Assembly: GCA_013816805.1 (NCBI GenBank)
Contig: JACDDS010000003.1
Coordinates: forward strand, 72,582-136,581
Origin: Chitinophagales bacterium
Lineage (GTDB): Bacteria > Bacteroidota > Bacteroidia > Chitinophagales > UBA10324
DNA: 64,000 nucleotides
Reading direction: 5' to 3'
Within the stretch, counting starts at the first letter, position 1, and each line of letters starts with the position of its first letter. Position numbers and translations under genes: made by a program. Positions 1 to 9,923 of this stretch are shown piece by piece. Under the pieces are notes generated by a model. It was not told the DNA's origin. It searched no databases and saw nothing but the letters and a program-made list of their open reading frames with translations.

Positions 1-535
1 TTGATTTCTTCAATAAAGATTTTTCTTCAATGTCCGTATCTTCTACAATACGCTCCAGCTCATTCTTTTTGTTTTTTAATTCCTTCTCTTTATCCTTTAT
101 ATTTTTTTCAGAAATTTCAAGCAGTTCCTTTTTCTGATCCATTTCATCCATTGCTTCACGAATCCTCTTTTCTGCTAACTGAATATCGAGCTTTTGCAAT
201 TCAATTTCCTTGCTCAGAGCATCGAATTCACGGTTATTCTTTACGTTATTTTGTTGTTTCTGATATTTTTTGATAAGAGTTTCAGATTCTTTAATGCTGT
301 TCTTACGAGTAGCTATCGCATCATCCATTTGCTTTAATTCATCTTCTATTTTCCCAATGCGTGTTTTTAGACCGGTTAATTCATCCTCAAGATCCTTCAC
401 TTCCATAGGAAGTTCACCCTTAAGAATTTGAATATGATCAATTTTAGAATCTACTTTCTGAAGTTTATAAAGCGCTCTTAACTTTTCTTCAATGGTACTG
501 TCAGTAGCTCTGGGAGCTTCTTTTACTTTGGTCAT
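1..535 (-). CDS. Coiled-coil/zinc-ribbon protein of the DUF164 (COG1579) type; N-terminal part only, continues off the window
   Basis: Not in the ORF track because it has no stop in the window. ATG at 535-533 overlaps the Nif3 stop (TAATG). The minus frame is open from 535 down to position 2; I checked every triplet. Translation begins MTKVKEAPRATDSTIEEKLRALYKLQKVDSKIDHIQILKGELPMEV and is heptad-rich. Nif3 followed by this family is a conserved bacterial gene pair. Confidence 0.7.
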   Translation of the reverse strand, partial: MTKVKEAPRATDSTIEEKLRALYKLQKVDSKIDHIQILKGELPMEVKDLEDELTGLKTRIGKIEDELKQMDDAIATRKNSIKESETLIKKYQKQQNNVKNNREFDALSKEIELQKLDIQLAEKRIREAMDEMDQKKELLEISEKNIKDKEKELKNKKNELERIVEDTDIEEKSLLKKS

Positions 536-1653
536 TAGTAATATTTTATGGGATTTGTGTTAACGGACGTTATACGAAACGCAAAATTAGGAAAATTTTG
601 CCGTAAAACATCTGCAAATATCTCTTGTGTAAATTGCTCGCTCTCATAATGACCTATGTCAGCGATAATTATTTTGTTTTCCGCATCAAAAAACTGATGG
701 TATTTAAAATCAGCAGTAATAAAAATATCAGCATTGTTTGCAATAGCGTGTTTTAGTAAAAAACTGCCGGCACCTCCACACACAGCAACCCGTGATATGG
801 TGCCTTGAATATTAATCCGCTTAACCGGAGCAGTATGGCGGATTATTTTCAGGTCCATTTTTTCTTTAAGAAATGCTAAAAAATCCACGAATTCCATCTC
901 CTTTTCTAATACTCCAACCATTCCTGCGCCTGCATGTTCCCATTCATTACCTAAAATCACCAGATCATAAGCCACCTCTTCGTAGGGATGCGATTGTTTT
1001 AGTGCAGCCACTACATTCTTTGTTAACCATTCTGGGAAAACCACTTCAATTTTTGTTTCCATTTCCCGGTGACGAATTCCTTTTTCACCTGCGAACGGAT
1101 CGGTACGCTCATTTCCTCTAAAACTTCCATATCCTTCCATGTTAAAACTGCATTCATCATAGTTACCTATGCTACCCGCCCCAGCCTGGAATAAAGCGTC
1201 TCTAACCGCTGAAGCATAATTTTCGGGTACAAAAGTGAACAGCTTTACCAATTGATTTTTTAGAGGAAGAAGTATTTGTGTACTATGCAGGCCTAACCGT
1301 TCACAGATTCTAGCATTTACGCCATTCCTCATATTATCGAGGTTGGTATGCGCAGCATAAATGGCAATTTTATTTTCGATTGCCTTTATGATAACGCGCT
1401 CGATGTATGAGGTGCCGGTAATCTTCTTTAATCCCGAAAATATTATTGGATGGTGAGCAATTACCAGGTTACATTGTGCAGCGATTGCTTCATCCATAAC
1501 CTCTTCGGTGCAATCAAGGCATAGTAAAGCTGAAGAAATTTCTGAATCCGGACTTCCTGCGATAAGGCCAGCATTATCGTAGCTTTCCTGCAATGCAGGC
1601 GGAGCAAACTTTTCCAGGCAAGTTATAATTTCCTTAAGTTTCACTGCTATCAA
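535..1653 (-). CDS. Nif3-like dinuclear metal centre protein (long form with inserted domain)
   Basis: 372 aa. N-terminus LEKFAPPALQESYDNAGL, HHPIIF and AAHTNLD metal-ligand motifs, and C-terminal GHYESE are typical of the NIF3/YbgI/YqfO family. Confidence 0.9.
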   Translation of the reverse strand: MIAVKLKEIITCLEKFAPPALQESYDNAGLIAGSPDSEISSALLCLDCTEEVMDEAIAAQCNLVIAHHPIIFSGLKKITGTSYIERVIIKAIENKIAIYAAHTNLDNMRNGVNARICERLGLHSTQILLPLKNQLVKLFTFVPENYASAVRDALFQAGAGSIGNYDECSFNMEGYGSFRGNERTDPFAGEKGIRHREMETKIEVVFPEWLTKNVVAALKQSHPYEEVAYDLVILGNEWEHAGAGMVGVLEKEMEFVDFLAFLKEKMDLKIIRHTAPVKRINIQGTISRVAVCGGAGSFLLKHAIANNADIFITADFKYHQFFDAENKIIIADIGHYESEQFTQEIFADVLRQNFPNFAFRITSVNTNPIKYY

Positions 1654-1762
1654 TTTTAAAGTAAATTTTGCAGAACGGATTGAGTTTTTTTGGCATAAGA
1701 AGATACTATATTAAACACTAATTTCTCGTCATTCAACAAGATTATTTCACTTGTAAACCTTT

Positions 1763-2836
1763 ATGAATTTATTAGCCCGCATACTGCTATCTCCCTTTGC
1801 TTTGTTGTATGGCACAGGAGTTTGGTGTTATAATAAATTATTTGACTGGAATATCCGGAAAAGTGTCTCATTTGATTTACCTGTTATTTCCGTCGGAAAT
1901 CTTTCAGCAGGAGGCAGCGGAAAAACCCCGCATGTTGAATATTTAGTTGGGTTATTGCTTAACCACTATGAAGTCGGAGTTCTGAGCCGTGGATACAAAA
2001 GAAGAACGAAGGGATTTCTATTGGCAGAAAAAAATTCTTTACCGCAGGATGTGGGTGATGAACCATTACAAATTAAACTGAAGTATCCGGAAGCCATTGT
2101 AGCTGTTTGTGAAGAACGCGTAACCGGTATATCGAATATGCTTTCTGTTTTTCAGGATCTGCAGATTATTATTCTCGATGATGCTTTTCAGCACAGGCAG
2201 GTAAAGTCTTTTTTATCCATCTTATTGACGCCATATTCAAAACCGTATAATGAAGATCATTTACTTCCTTTAGGCAGATTGCGGGAATTTAAAAAAGGTG
2301 CGGACCGCGCAGACATTATCGTAGTCACAAAATGCCCTTTAAATCTGCCGCTGGAAAAAAAAGAAAATTGTAAAAAGGATTTACAAATTAAGGAACACCA
2401 AAAATTATTTTTCTCCACCTATAAATACGGCACACCATATAAACTTTTTAATCCAGCAGAAAAGCTTCAGCCGGAACAGATAGATTTGGTACTGTTGTTT
2501 TGCGGTATAGCAGGTACAGAATTTTTGGTAGCCGAGCTTCAAACGAAATTTAAGGAAGTAATATTAATTCGCTTTCCGGACCATCATCAGTATACGTACA
2601 GCGATTTGAAAAATATAGGAAAGCGATATCACTCTATTAGCTCTTTAAGCAAGATAATATTAACTACAGAGAAGGATTCCTCTCGTTTAATTAATTTTAA
2701 AGAGATGCTTTTAGATACTGGACTGTTAATATATTGCCAGCCAATAATGGTGCAACTGTCAGATGATGAAGAAAATGAATTCAATGACCTTATTTATTCC
2801 TCGGTAGCAAATTTTTTACCTGGACAGTATGAATAA
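1763..2836 (+). CDS. lpxK: Tetraacyldisaccharide 4'-kinase (lipid A biosynthesis)
   Basis: 357 aa. P-loop VGNLSAGGSGKTP follows an N-terminal membrane helix. ILDDAFQH motif present. Confidence 0.9.
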   Translation: MNLLARILLSPFALLYGTGVWCYNKLFDWNIRKSVSFDLPVISVGNLSAGGSGKTPHVEYLVGLLLNHYEVGVLSRGYKRRTKGFLLAEKNSLPQDVGDEPLQIKLKYPEAIVAVCEERVTGISNMLSVFQDLQIIILDDAFQHRQVKSFLSILLTPYSKPYNEDHLLPLGRLREFKKGADRADIIVVTKCPLNLPLEKKENCKKDLQIKEHQKLFFSTYKYGTPYKLFNPAEKLQPEQIDLVLLFCGIAGTEFLVAELQTKFKEVILIRFPDHHQYTYSDLKNIGKRYHSISSLSKIILTTEKDSSRLINFKEMLLDTGLLIYCQPIMVQLSDDEENEFNDLIYSSVANFLPGQYE

Positions 2837-3650
2837 TTTGTTTACTCAATTACAGGAGGCGGTTGCTTATATACAGCAAAACACTGAAATAAAACCAGTA
2901 TGCGGATTGGTCCTTGGTTCAGGTTTAGGAAATATTATTGATGAAATGGAAATTTCGGAAGCATTAAGCTACAGTGAAATTCCTCATTTTCCTGTCAGTA
3001 CGGTAAAAGGGCATTCTGGAAAACTACTGTTTGGTGAATGGCATGGTCTGCCAATGGTGGTAATGCAGGGTAGGTTTCATTATTATGAGGGATATACCCT
3101 TGAGCAGGTAACCTTTCCCATCCGGGTGATTAAATTATTAGGTGCTGATATATTGCTTCTGACGAATGCTTCGGGAGGATTGAATCCGGAGATAAAAACG
3201 GGGGAATTAATGGTGGTAACAGATCATATTAATTTGAATTCAAATAATCCGCTAAGGGGAATCAACATAGACGAATTGGGTCCGCGTTTTCCTGATCAGC
3301 ATGCTGTATACGATAAGGTATTACAGGATAAGGCAATTGAAATTGCCGTTTCCAACAAAATTATTTGCCATGCCGGAATTTACGTTGGCGTAACCGGACC
3401 AACCTTTGAATCACCTGCTGAATACAGGTATATGCGTATCATAGGAGGAGATGCGGTAGGAATGTCTACTGTTCCTGAAGCCATAGTTGCAAATCATGCG
3501 AACATGCGGGTTTTTTGTCTTTCAGTAATTTGTGATGAAGGCAATCCTGCAATGCCCACATCCGTTACTCATGATGAAGTAATAACAATTGCAAAAAGGG
3601 CAGAAGGGAAGATGGCAGTAATTCTTAAAAACCTCATTCAATCTATTTAA
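2829..3650 (+). CDS. Purine nucleoside phosphorylase (trimeric PNP family)
   Basis: 273 aa. Motifs GSGLG, GRFHYYEGY, TNASGGLN and GMSTVPE are present. The start overlaps the lpxK stop by 8 nt (ATGAATAA). Confidence 0.9.
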   Translation: MNNLFTQLQEAVAYIQQNTEIKPVCGLVLGSGLGNIIDEMEISEALSYSEIPHFPVSTVKGHSGKLLFGEWHGLPMVVMQGRFHYYEGYTLEQVTFPIRVIKLLGADILLLTNASGGLNPEIKTGELMVVTDHINLNSNNPLRGINIDELGPRFPDQHAVYDKVLQDKAIEIAVSNKIICHAGIYVGVTGPTFESPAEYRYMRIIGGDAVGMSTVPEAIVANHANMRVFCLSVICDEGNPAMPTSVTHDEVITIAKRAEGKMAVILKNLIQSI

Positions 3651-3728
3651 GTATTCTAATTGGGCTATCTCTTTTATATCAGCTTAAAATACTCAATTTG
3701 AATGGCGCACCAGATAAATTAATGTACG

Positions 3729-5720
3729 TTGGATATTGATAAGCGAATAAGAGAGAAAACCAGCAAATTTTTCAGGTTTTACCATTGTAAGCCTTTCCCG
3801 AATATTGCAGGCTCAGGAAAAGCAGTGTGCTATGTTCATGGTGCCTTCCTTTTTTTACTTACTTTTTTTAATACAAGCATCAGCTCAGCTCAGCATAAAA
3901 ACACCGATACTACGGCTTACTATAATTCACAATGGACTAAATATAGTTTACTGAATAATCCGGATGAAGCAATTAATATCGATACCACGCTTACATACCT
4001 GTACAGATACAACCCGGCAGAGTTTCCCTTTGGCTTCATGCACCTTGGTAACTTGGGTGCTGCCGCAAGACAGTTATATTTTTTTACTCCGCTACATACT
4101 GATTTTGATATTGGTTTTCATCAATTTGATATTTATAGAAAAGAGGAAGGTGATATTAAATTTTTCGACACAAAGCGACCTTATACTTTAGTTAATTATC
4201 ACCAGGGAAGTGCAAAAGAGATTAAGGGTCAGTTAATTCATGCTCAGAATATCATTCCGCAATGGAGTGCAGGATTAGAATTAAATGCATATAAATCGAC
4301 CGGGCTTTACCATCATCAGCAAAATAATGGTGCAAATTTCAATTTCTCTACGCAGTATAGCTCTAAAAATAATTTCTATAAAATAATGGCAGCCTTCCTG
4401 CTTAATAACTTAAAATCACAGGAAAATGGAGGGGTAGCCACACCGGATGTTTTTAATGATTCTTTAATTATTGACAAGTCAATTGCAGATGTTTACCTGG
4501 ATAGTGCCTATAATCGATGGAAAGACCTGTCAGTCGTGGTCCAGAATTCTTTTGGATTAGGTATATTAAACCATCAAATTAAAGATTCCACTATAGATAA
4601 AACTACAGAGAACCGCTTCCAGTTGTTTCATAAATTTTCATGGGAAAAACGAAGCTTTTTTTTTATTGATGACAAGATTGATAATGCGTTCTTTGAAAAT
4701 ATTTTCATCGATTCCATTAAAACAAGGGATACGCTTCGTTACAATCGCTCTCTGAATGAAATACGTTTTCGTATCCGTAATTCAGATTCAGTTTCGTGGC
4801 TAAAGAATTTTACGGGAGAGGTTTACTTTCAGCATGAGTTCTATTTTATCAATTCCAAATTACCTTCTGATCACTTTCAAAGTGGCATTTTAGGGGTAAG
4901 CTTAAATACAAGGCAGATCAATACTCTATCACGCAGCTTGCCTTTGACTTTTGCCGTTCAGGGAGAATATAATTTTATAGGCTACAATAAAGGAGATTAT
5001 TTTGTAGATATCCAGGCGGGCTACCGTTTTAATAATAGTGCTGGTTTTGGATTTGAATTTTCTGATGGTCGAAATCATCCCTCGTATATACAGCAGCATT
5101 ATTTATCCAACCATTTTCAATGGCTGAATGAGTTCGTTCCGGTAATTTCTTCATCTGCCTCCGTATATTTTACAGATATTAAATGGAACCTTGAGCTAGT
5201 GGCTAAAATTTACAGAACTCAGAATTATATTTCATGGAATAGTTGCGCTATACCTGTACAATTGAACAGCAGTTTTTCAGGTTATTCACTTTTTGTTCAA
5301 AAAAATATAAAGTGGGGTGTAATACATTTTGATAACGAATTGTTGTACCAGCAATTTAATAATGATACAATAATCTCGCTTCCTTGGTTTATTTCGCGGC
5401 ACAGTCTTTATTATGAAGACAGGCTTTTTAAAGGTGCTTTATCTCTTAAAACCGGCCTTGATGTCCGGTATAATTCAAATTACTATGGTGCAGGTTATGA
5501 GCCTGCAACAGGTCAGTTTTATAATCAGCATATAAATTACTTAAGCTTTTACCCTGTTGCGGATTTATTTGCAGAAATAAAGATCAGATCAGTGCGTGCG
5601 TATTTGATGTTTCAGAATATTAATCAGGGTATATTAAGCAACGGATACTATTCTGCAATCCATTATCCAATGCCTGACCGTAGTTTTAAATTTGGAATCA
5701 GCTGGACATTCTGGAATTGA
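3729..5720 (+). CDS. Putative outer-membrane beta-barrel porin-like protein
   Basis: 663 aa. Aromatic/Asn/Gly-rich alternating pattern. Signal-like segment GAFLFLLTFFNTSISSAQ. Terminal SFKFGISWTFWN resembles a beta-barrel C-terminus. The start is uncertain: TTG at 3729 leaves about 30 residues before the signal peptide, and an in-frame GTG at 3825 is an alternative. Confidence 0.6.
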   Translation: MDIDKRIREKTSKFFRFYHCKPFPNIAGSGKAVCYVHGAFLFLLTFFNTSISSAQHKNTDTTAYYNSQWTKYSLLNNPDEAINIDTTLTYLYRYNPAEFPFGFMHLGNLGAAARQLYFFTPLHTDFDIGFHQFDIYRKEEGDIKFFDTKRPYTLVNYHQGSAKEIKGQLIHAQNIIPQWSAGLELNAYKSTGLYHHQQNNGANFNFSTQYSSKNNFYKIMAAFLLNNLKSQENGGVATPDVFNDSLIIDKSIADVYLDSAYNRWKDLSVVVQNSFGLGILNHQIKDSTIDKTTENRFQLFHKFSWEKRSFFFIDDKIDNAFFENIFIDSIKTRDTLRYNRSLNEIRFRIRNSDSVSWLKNFTGEVYFQHEFYFINSKLPSDHFQSGILGVSLNTRQINTLSRSLPLTFAVQGEYNFIGYNKGDYFVDIQAGYRFNNSAGFGFEFSDGRNHPSYIQQHYLSNHFQWLNEFVPVISSSASVYFTDIKWNLELVAKIYRTQNYISWNSCAIPVQLNSSFSGYSLFVQKNIKWGVIHFDNELLYQQFNNDTIISLPWFISRHSLYYEDRLFKGALSLKTGLDVRYNSNYYGAGYEPATGQFYNQHINYLSFYPVADLFAEIKIRSVRAYLMFQNINQGILSNGYYSAIHYPMPDRSFKFGISWTFWN

Positions 5721-5739
5721 TAAATATCCTCGCAGCGTA

Positions 5740-6219
5740 TTAAAAATCTTCCATGTCAGATTCCCCTTCCAGCACACCCATATAAGTACATGTGGATGGT
5801 TGTTGCTTATTAATTACACGGAAGAGCAAGTAGTAAGATCCATCGAAATCAGCAGTAAAGAAAAAATTAATGATGTTTTTTTCGAGGCCGCTTACGTTGT
5901 ATTCGTAATCTAGCTGGTCACCAAGTGCATCTTTAATTTCAATTGCAGTTGCATCCACATTGGGATCTGTAACGAGAAAAAATACATATTCAATACCACC
6001 GGTAAGCTCTAATTTTTTTCTGAATGTTTGTGTGGATGTTAAGCGGTCGCTCCATTCATGTTTTAATTCATACTCGCCGAAGCTGCGCGTGTCCTTCAAC
6101 ATTTCCAGCTGCTTTTCTGTTGCGGTGTTAATACATTTCATTTCTTTTTGCTGGGCATAAGCCGCATTGCAAAAACACAAAAATAAAAGCAAAGTAAAAA
6201 AGAAGTTAGTGTGTTTCAC
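5740..6219 (-). CDS. Hypothetical secreted protein
   Basis: 159 aa with a GTG start. Clear signal peptide MKHTNFFFTLLLFLCFCNAAYAQQ. No recognisable catalytic motif. Confidence 0.6.
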   Translation of the reverse strand: MKHTNFFFTLLLFLCFCNAAYAQQKEMKCINTATEKQLEMLKDTRSFGEYELKHEWSDRLTSTQTFRKKLELTGGIEYVFFLVTDPNVDATAIEIKDALGDQLDYEYNVSGLEKNIINFFFTADFDGSYYLLFRVINKQQPSTCTYMGVLEGESDMEDF

Positions 6220-6252
6220 GGATTAAAAACTGATTGAAGATAAGCAGAGGCT

Positions 6253-7512
6253 TCAGGTTTTTTGTTTCTTTTTACGTGCAGCAGGAAAAAGTACGTTATT
6301 AAGAATAAGGCGATATCCCGGAGAATTGGGATGCAGGGCCAGGTCAGTAGGCGGATCCCCCACCTGGTGCTGGTAATCTTCCGGATCATGACCGCCATAA
6401 AATGTCCAGGTTCCATTACCGTATTCACCATGCACGTAGCGTGCTTCACCTGCAGCTTTATTTTCACCCATTATCAGATCAGTGGATTTCAAAACCTCGT
6501 TGCGAAAAGAAGTGGTTTGACCCATAAATCCTTTTACAATTTGCGTGTGGTCCTGGCACAGCATAGTAGGCACAGGATCCCATTTTGCTGAAAATTCAAA
6601 TAGTGTAAAATAATCCTGATCCATAGGAACATGCCGGAAAGTAGTGGCATCAATATTAGAAAATTCATATTCCATAGAATTGGGAATCAGCGTAAAATTC
6701 TGAAAAGCAAAGCATTTTGAAAAGTCCAATTTCTGCTGAGCCTTGGGATCAGGAGGATCACCATCGTACATCCAATCACAGATATCTACCCCATCAGCCG
6801 CTAAAGCTATATCATATGAATCAGTTGCCGAACACATGGCAAACATAAATCCACCACCTGCAACATAGTCCCTGATTTTCTGAGCAACCATCAACTTCAA
6901 TTGTGAAACCTTTTTAAAACCCCACCTTGCTGCTATTTCTTCATTGTCTTTTACATCGCGGATATACCATGCCGCATTTCCGTACTGGGCATAAAACTTT
7001 CCGTATTGGCCAGTAAAATCCTCATGATGCAAATGAAGCCAGTCGTAAAGCGGTAACTTTCCCTGCAGTACATCATCGTCATAAATGATATCATAAGGTA
7101 TTTCTGCATAGGTAAGCACCAAGGTAACAGCATCATCCCAGGGTTCCTTATTTTTTGGAGAATACACCGCTATTTTTGGTGCTTTTTCCAGCTTTACGAT
7201 ATCTTCATTTACTTCAGGGCTTGCAATTTGGGATAAGATATTATTATATGTTGCATCGGGCATAACTTCATAAGTAATTCCGCGGACAACACATTCATTT
7301 TCTGCTTCTGCAAAATAAGGAAAAGCAAAGCTTCCACCCCTGTAATTTATCATCCAGTCCACCTTTAAATTTTTAGAAAGAATCCAATAAGCCATACCAT
7401 AAGACTTCAGATGATTTGCCTGCTTTTGATCCATAGGAATAAACAGCATCGATGCAAAAACCGGTGAATACACAATGCAAAAAATGGAGATGGAAAGTAT
7501 TTTTTTCATCAC
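6253..7512 (-). CDS. Conserved Bacteroidota secreted protein of unknown function, possibly with a glutamine-amidotransferase-like fold
   Basis: 419 aa. Signal peptide MMKKILSISIFCIVYSPVFA. Conserved-looking block FIPMDQKQANHLKSYGMAYWIL...NYRGGSF. Possible nucleophile-elbow GGFMFAMCSATDS. From memory, homologues are often auto-labelled asparagine synthetase B; I cannot verify that here. Confidence 0.65.
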   Translation of the reverse strand: MMKKILSISIFCIVYSPVFASMLFIPMDQKQANHLKSYGMAYWILSKNLKVDWMINYRGGSFAFPYFAEAENECVVRGITYEVMPDATYNNILSQIASPEVNEDIVKLEKAPKIAVYSPKNKEPWDDAVTLVLTYAEIPYDIIYDDDVLQGKLPLYDWLHLHHEDFTGQYGKFYAQYGNAAWYIRDVKDNEEIAARWGFKKVSQLKLMVAQKIRDYVAGGGFMFAMCSATDSYDIALAADGVDICDWMYDGDPPDPKAQQKLDFSKCFAFQNFTLIPNSMEYEFSNIDATTFRHVPMDQDYFTLFEFSAKWDPVPTMLCQDHTQIVKGFMGQTTSFRNEVLKSTDLIMGENKAAGEARYVHGEYGNGTWTFYGGHDPEDYQHQVGDPPTDLALHPNSPGYRLILNNVLFPAARKKKQKT

Positions 7513-7574
7513 TAAAAATTATTGATACAGTTAACGGTTATTAATGGTTGGAATTATGCTTAAAAAATTGAAAA

Positions 7575-9074
7575 TTACTGCGGAGTTTTAACTGGCTGCA
7601 AATTCGCTGTGATAATATGCAGAATATTTTCATACGGAATTATTTCCATCGTATCTGTTTCACCCTGAGGTCCAAAATCTGAGATTTTCAAATTTTGCAG
7701 ATAACTATGAAACTTCTGGCGGTTTAATTCTACTTTTTGAAACTGATTTATTATTTGACGCAATCTTTTAATAAATAAGGTTGTTCGCGGTGCTGTTTTT
7801 ACAGATAAATATCTTGATGAAAAGATGCGCAAAGATTCCATATTCTTATCCAGACGATCATCATCTTTCCGATTCATTAAATATAAAATCTGTGCAATTA
7901 AAATTGCCGGGTAAAATCCAGCCTTATCCTTACTGTAGATGGGCACTTCATTCAAAAATTTTAAGATTTTAAACTCTATTTTAGCATCCGGACTTACATA
8001 ATTTAAATAAGCCTGGAAGATCTTCCACTTCTCCAGTTTTTCTGCAGACAAGTATTGATAGCGCGGATGCGCCGTTACAGCACCATAGATAGAGGTGGCC
8101 TGCTTAAATTCCATTCCATGCAGGGCCAGCAGAAAATAATTTTCCATCACTATAAACCAGTTGTTACTTCCCTGAGAGTAATACTTTAAAGCATCTTCAG
8201 CATACTGCAAACCATTTTTATACTCTCTTAAAAAAAGACAGCAAACCATCTTGAGCAAGGCAATTTCACCCTCACGCGAGTCAAGGTGAAAATTCGGATG
8301 TTTCTTCTGGAAAATTTCAAATCGATTGCATAGTGTAAGTGTTTTTCTGTAATCGCGGATGATCTGATAATACTGCAGGCCGATGCGGTAATGTATTAAT
8401 TGCACGTGGAAAGTATGGTAATGCTTTGCAAATTCCTTGCTTTGATTATAATATTCCCTGGCCTTCGCAGCAAATTCGGGTTTAAACGTTTTGCTTCGTG
8501 CGAACTGAATCAGTAGCGACTCATACATGAATTCAGCTCTGCCTTCAGCTTTTAATACATTCTGCGCTTTTTTCATAATGAGATCAAATCGCTGAAAATC
8601 TTTTTTCAGTCCCATCATGCCCGAGTGATGGCGCAGCATTTTGGCGTTTAAAAAAACAAGCTCATTCAGATCAAATTTAATTGATTGAGTGAGGGTAGAT
8701 TTAGCCATGCTTATTGCACTTGTTCGGGCGCCATGAGTAAGCAAAATTTTAGCGCTGAAATAATTCCGGTTACACGTATAGACTGCCTGTTGATAAGGTG
8801 ATACTGTTGTTTTTCGATAGTTCAGAAAAAAAAGAGAATTAATGAGGCGCTCTTTAAGCCTGCTTTTGAGCATCAGGTATTTTTTGTCTCCCGGGGAAGT
8901 TTGATATATAGAACGGGCCGCTTCCTCATCTGATGAAAACGTGCCATCATAGATGCCCTGAAAAAGTTTATGGTACAGATTATTGTTATCTTCTGTTATT
9001 TTTTCATCTATTAGGTCAACTTTTCCTAAACGTTGTTTTGTTACCAACGTTACCATTTCTTTAAAAACTTTCAT
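7575..9074 (-). CDS. Hypothetical cytoplasmic all-alpha (TPR-like) protein
   Basis: 499 aa uninterrupted ORF with no signal peptide. Composition is helical-repeat-like. It is co-directional with the two secreted proteins downstream. Confidence 0.65.
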   Translation of the reverse strand: MKVFKEMVTLVTKQRLGKVDLIDEKITEDNNNLYHKLFQGIYDGTFSSDEEAARSIYQTSPGDKKYLMLKSRLKERLINSLFFLNYRKTTVSPYQQAVYTCNRNYFSAKILLTHGARTSAISMAKSTLTQSIKFDLNELVFLNAKMLRHHSGMMGLKKDFQRFDLIMKKAQNVLKAEGRAEFMYESLLIQFARSKTFKPEFAAKAREYYNQSKEFAKHYHTFHVQLIHYRIGLQYYQIIRDYRKTLTLCNRFEIFQKKHPNFHLDSREGEIALLKMVCCLFLREYKNGLQYAEDALKYYSQGSNNWFIVMENYFLLALHGMEFKQATSIYGAVTAHPRYQYLSAEKLEKWKIFQAYLNYVSPDAKIEFKILKFLNEVPIYSKDKAGFYPAILIAQILYLMNRKDDDRLDKNMESLRIFSSRYLSVKTAPRTTLFIKRLRQIINQFQKVELNRQKFHSYLQNLKISDFGPQGETDTMEIIPYENILHIITANLQPVKTPQ

Positions 9075-9923
9075 CTTTTTAAGGTTGATTTAATGTTCTT
9101 TACGGGCTAATTAACAAAATATTCTAACAAAGTATTGATTAAAGATACTGGAAGCTGTGTTACTTTCGGCATTAAATTGTACGTCTTATCTGAAAGCGAG
9201 AGAAATATCTTTGCATCAGATTCAAATTGGTACTGGAAGTATGCACACATATTTTATTTAAATAAACAGCCCTATTAAGGGACATTACTATTTGTTATAA
9301 AGGAAAATCCAAAACGATTTAACAAATTTTTATTTTTTGTTACTAAATGAGTATTTTATCTTGAAAAATTAGTAGGAGAAATAACATAACGTTGAAACAC
9401 AAGCTGAAAGCGGGTTTCATATTTATAAAAAAAATAATAATAAAATAATTTGTAGGATGATTTTACCCCTTTTCATACATTAAAGATGCTGGAAACACTA
9501 CAATTAAGATGGGGTGCTACTTTTGACACTATACAAAATACGTACAGAACATCTAATAAATGATATTTATAAATTTGTAGATTCTGGTAAATTAATGATA
9601 ATTGTTTGAAATTCATAGGAAAAATTAAGTAAGCTGGTATTGTGATTATGACATGATTAATATTAATGGAATGTTACCAATAGTTGGTTTTTGTACATAA
9701 GGAAGGGTAGTCAGGGGTTTATTTTTGGTTTAGTAAGAAATTAATAAACTAAAAAAATAACGTCATGGCAAGTATTATATACCAAATCGTTCTCGCTTTT
9801 CAATTACTCTATGGACCTGGTAACTATACCCAGCAAGCAACCATAACTTATACTGACCACGGTTACCATTGCGATAATGGAATAGTTATAATTGACACTG
9901 ACGAATTATAAATTATAGGAGTC

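Noticed and set aside
1-273. Track ORF of 90 aa on the plus strand at the window start.
   Set aside because: It is a low-complexity Phe/Leu/Ser-rich translation lying antisense to a well-formed minus-strand coiled-coil gene (1-535). That gene starts at an ATG overlapping the Nif3 stop.
9290-9320. aaaggaaaatcc resembling the GAGGAAAGTCC core of RNase P RNA. I also checked the 9.1-9.8 kb gap for tmRNA and SRP RNA motifs.
   Set aside because: The match is only a few bases. None of the other universally conserved helices or motifs of these RNAs is present.
9917-9921. AGGAG Shine-Dalgarno-like sequence in front of the 9924 ATG of the HNH-like ORF.
   Set aside because: It lies only 2 nt from the ATG, which is too close for canonical SD function, and Bacteroidota make little use of SD pairing. 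It does not settle which Met is the real start.
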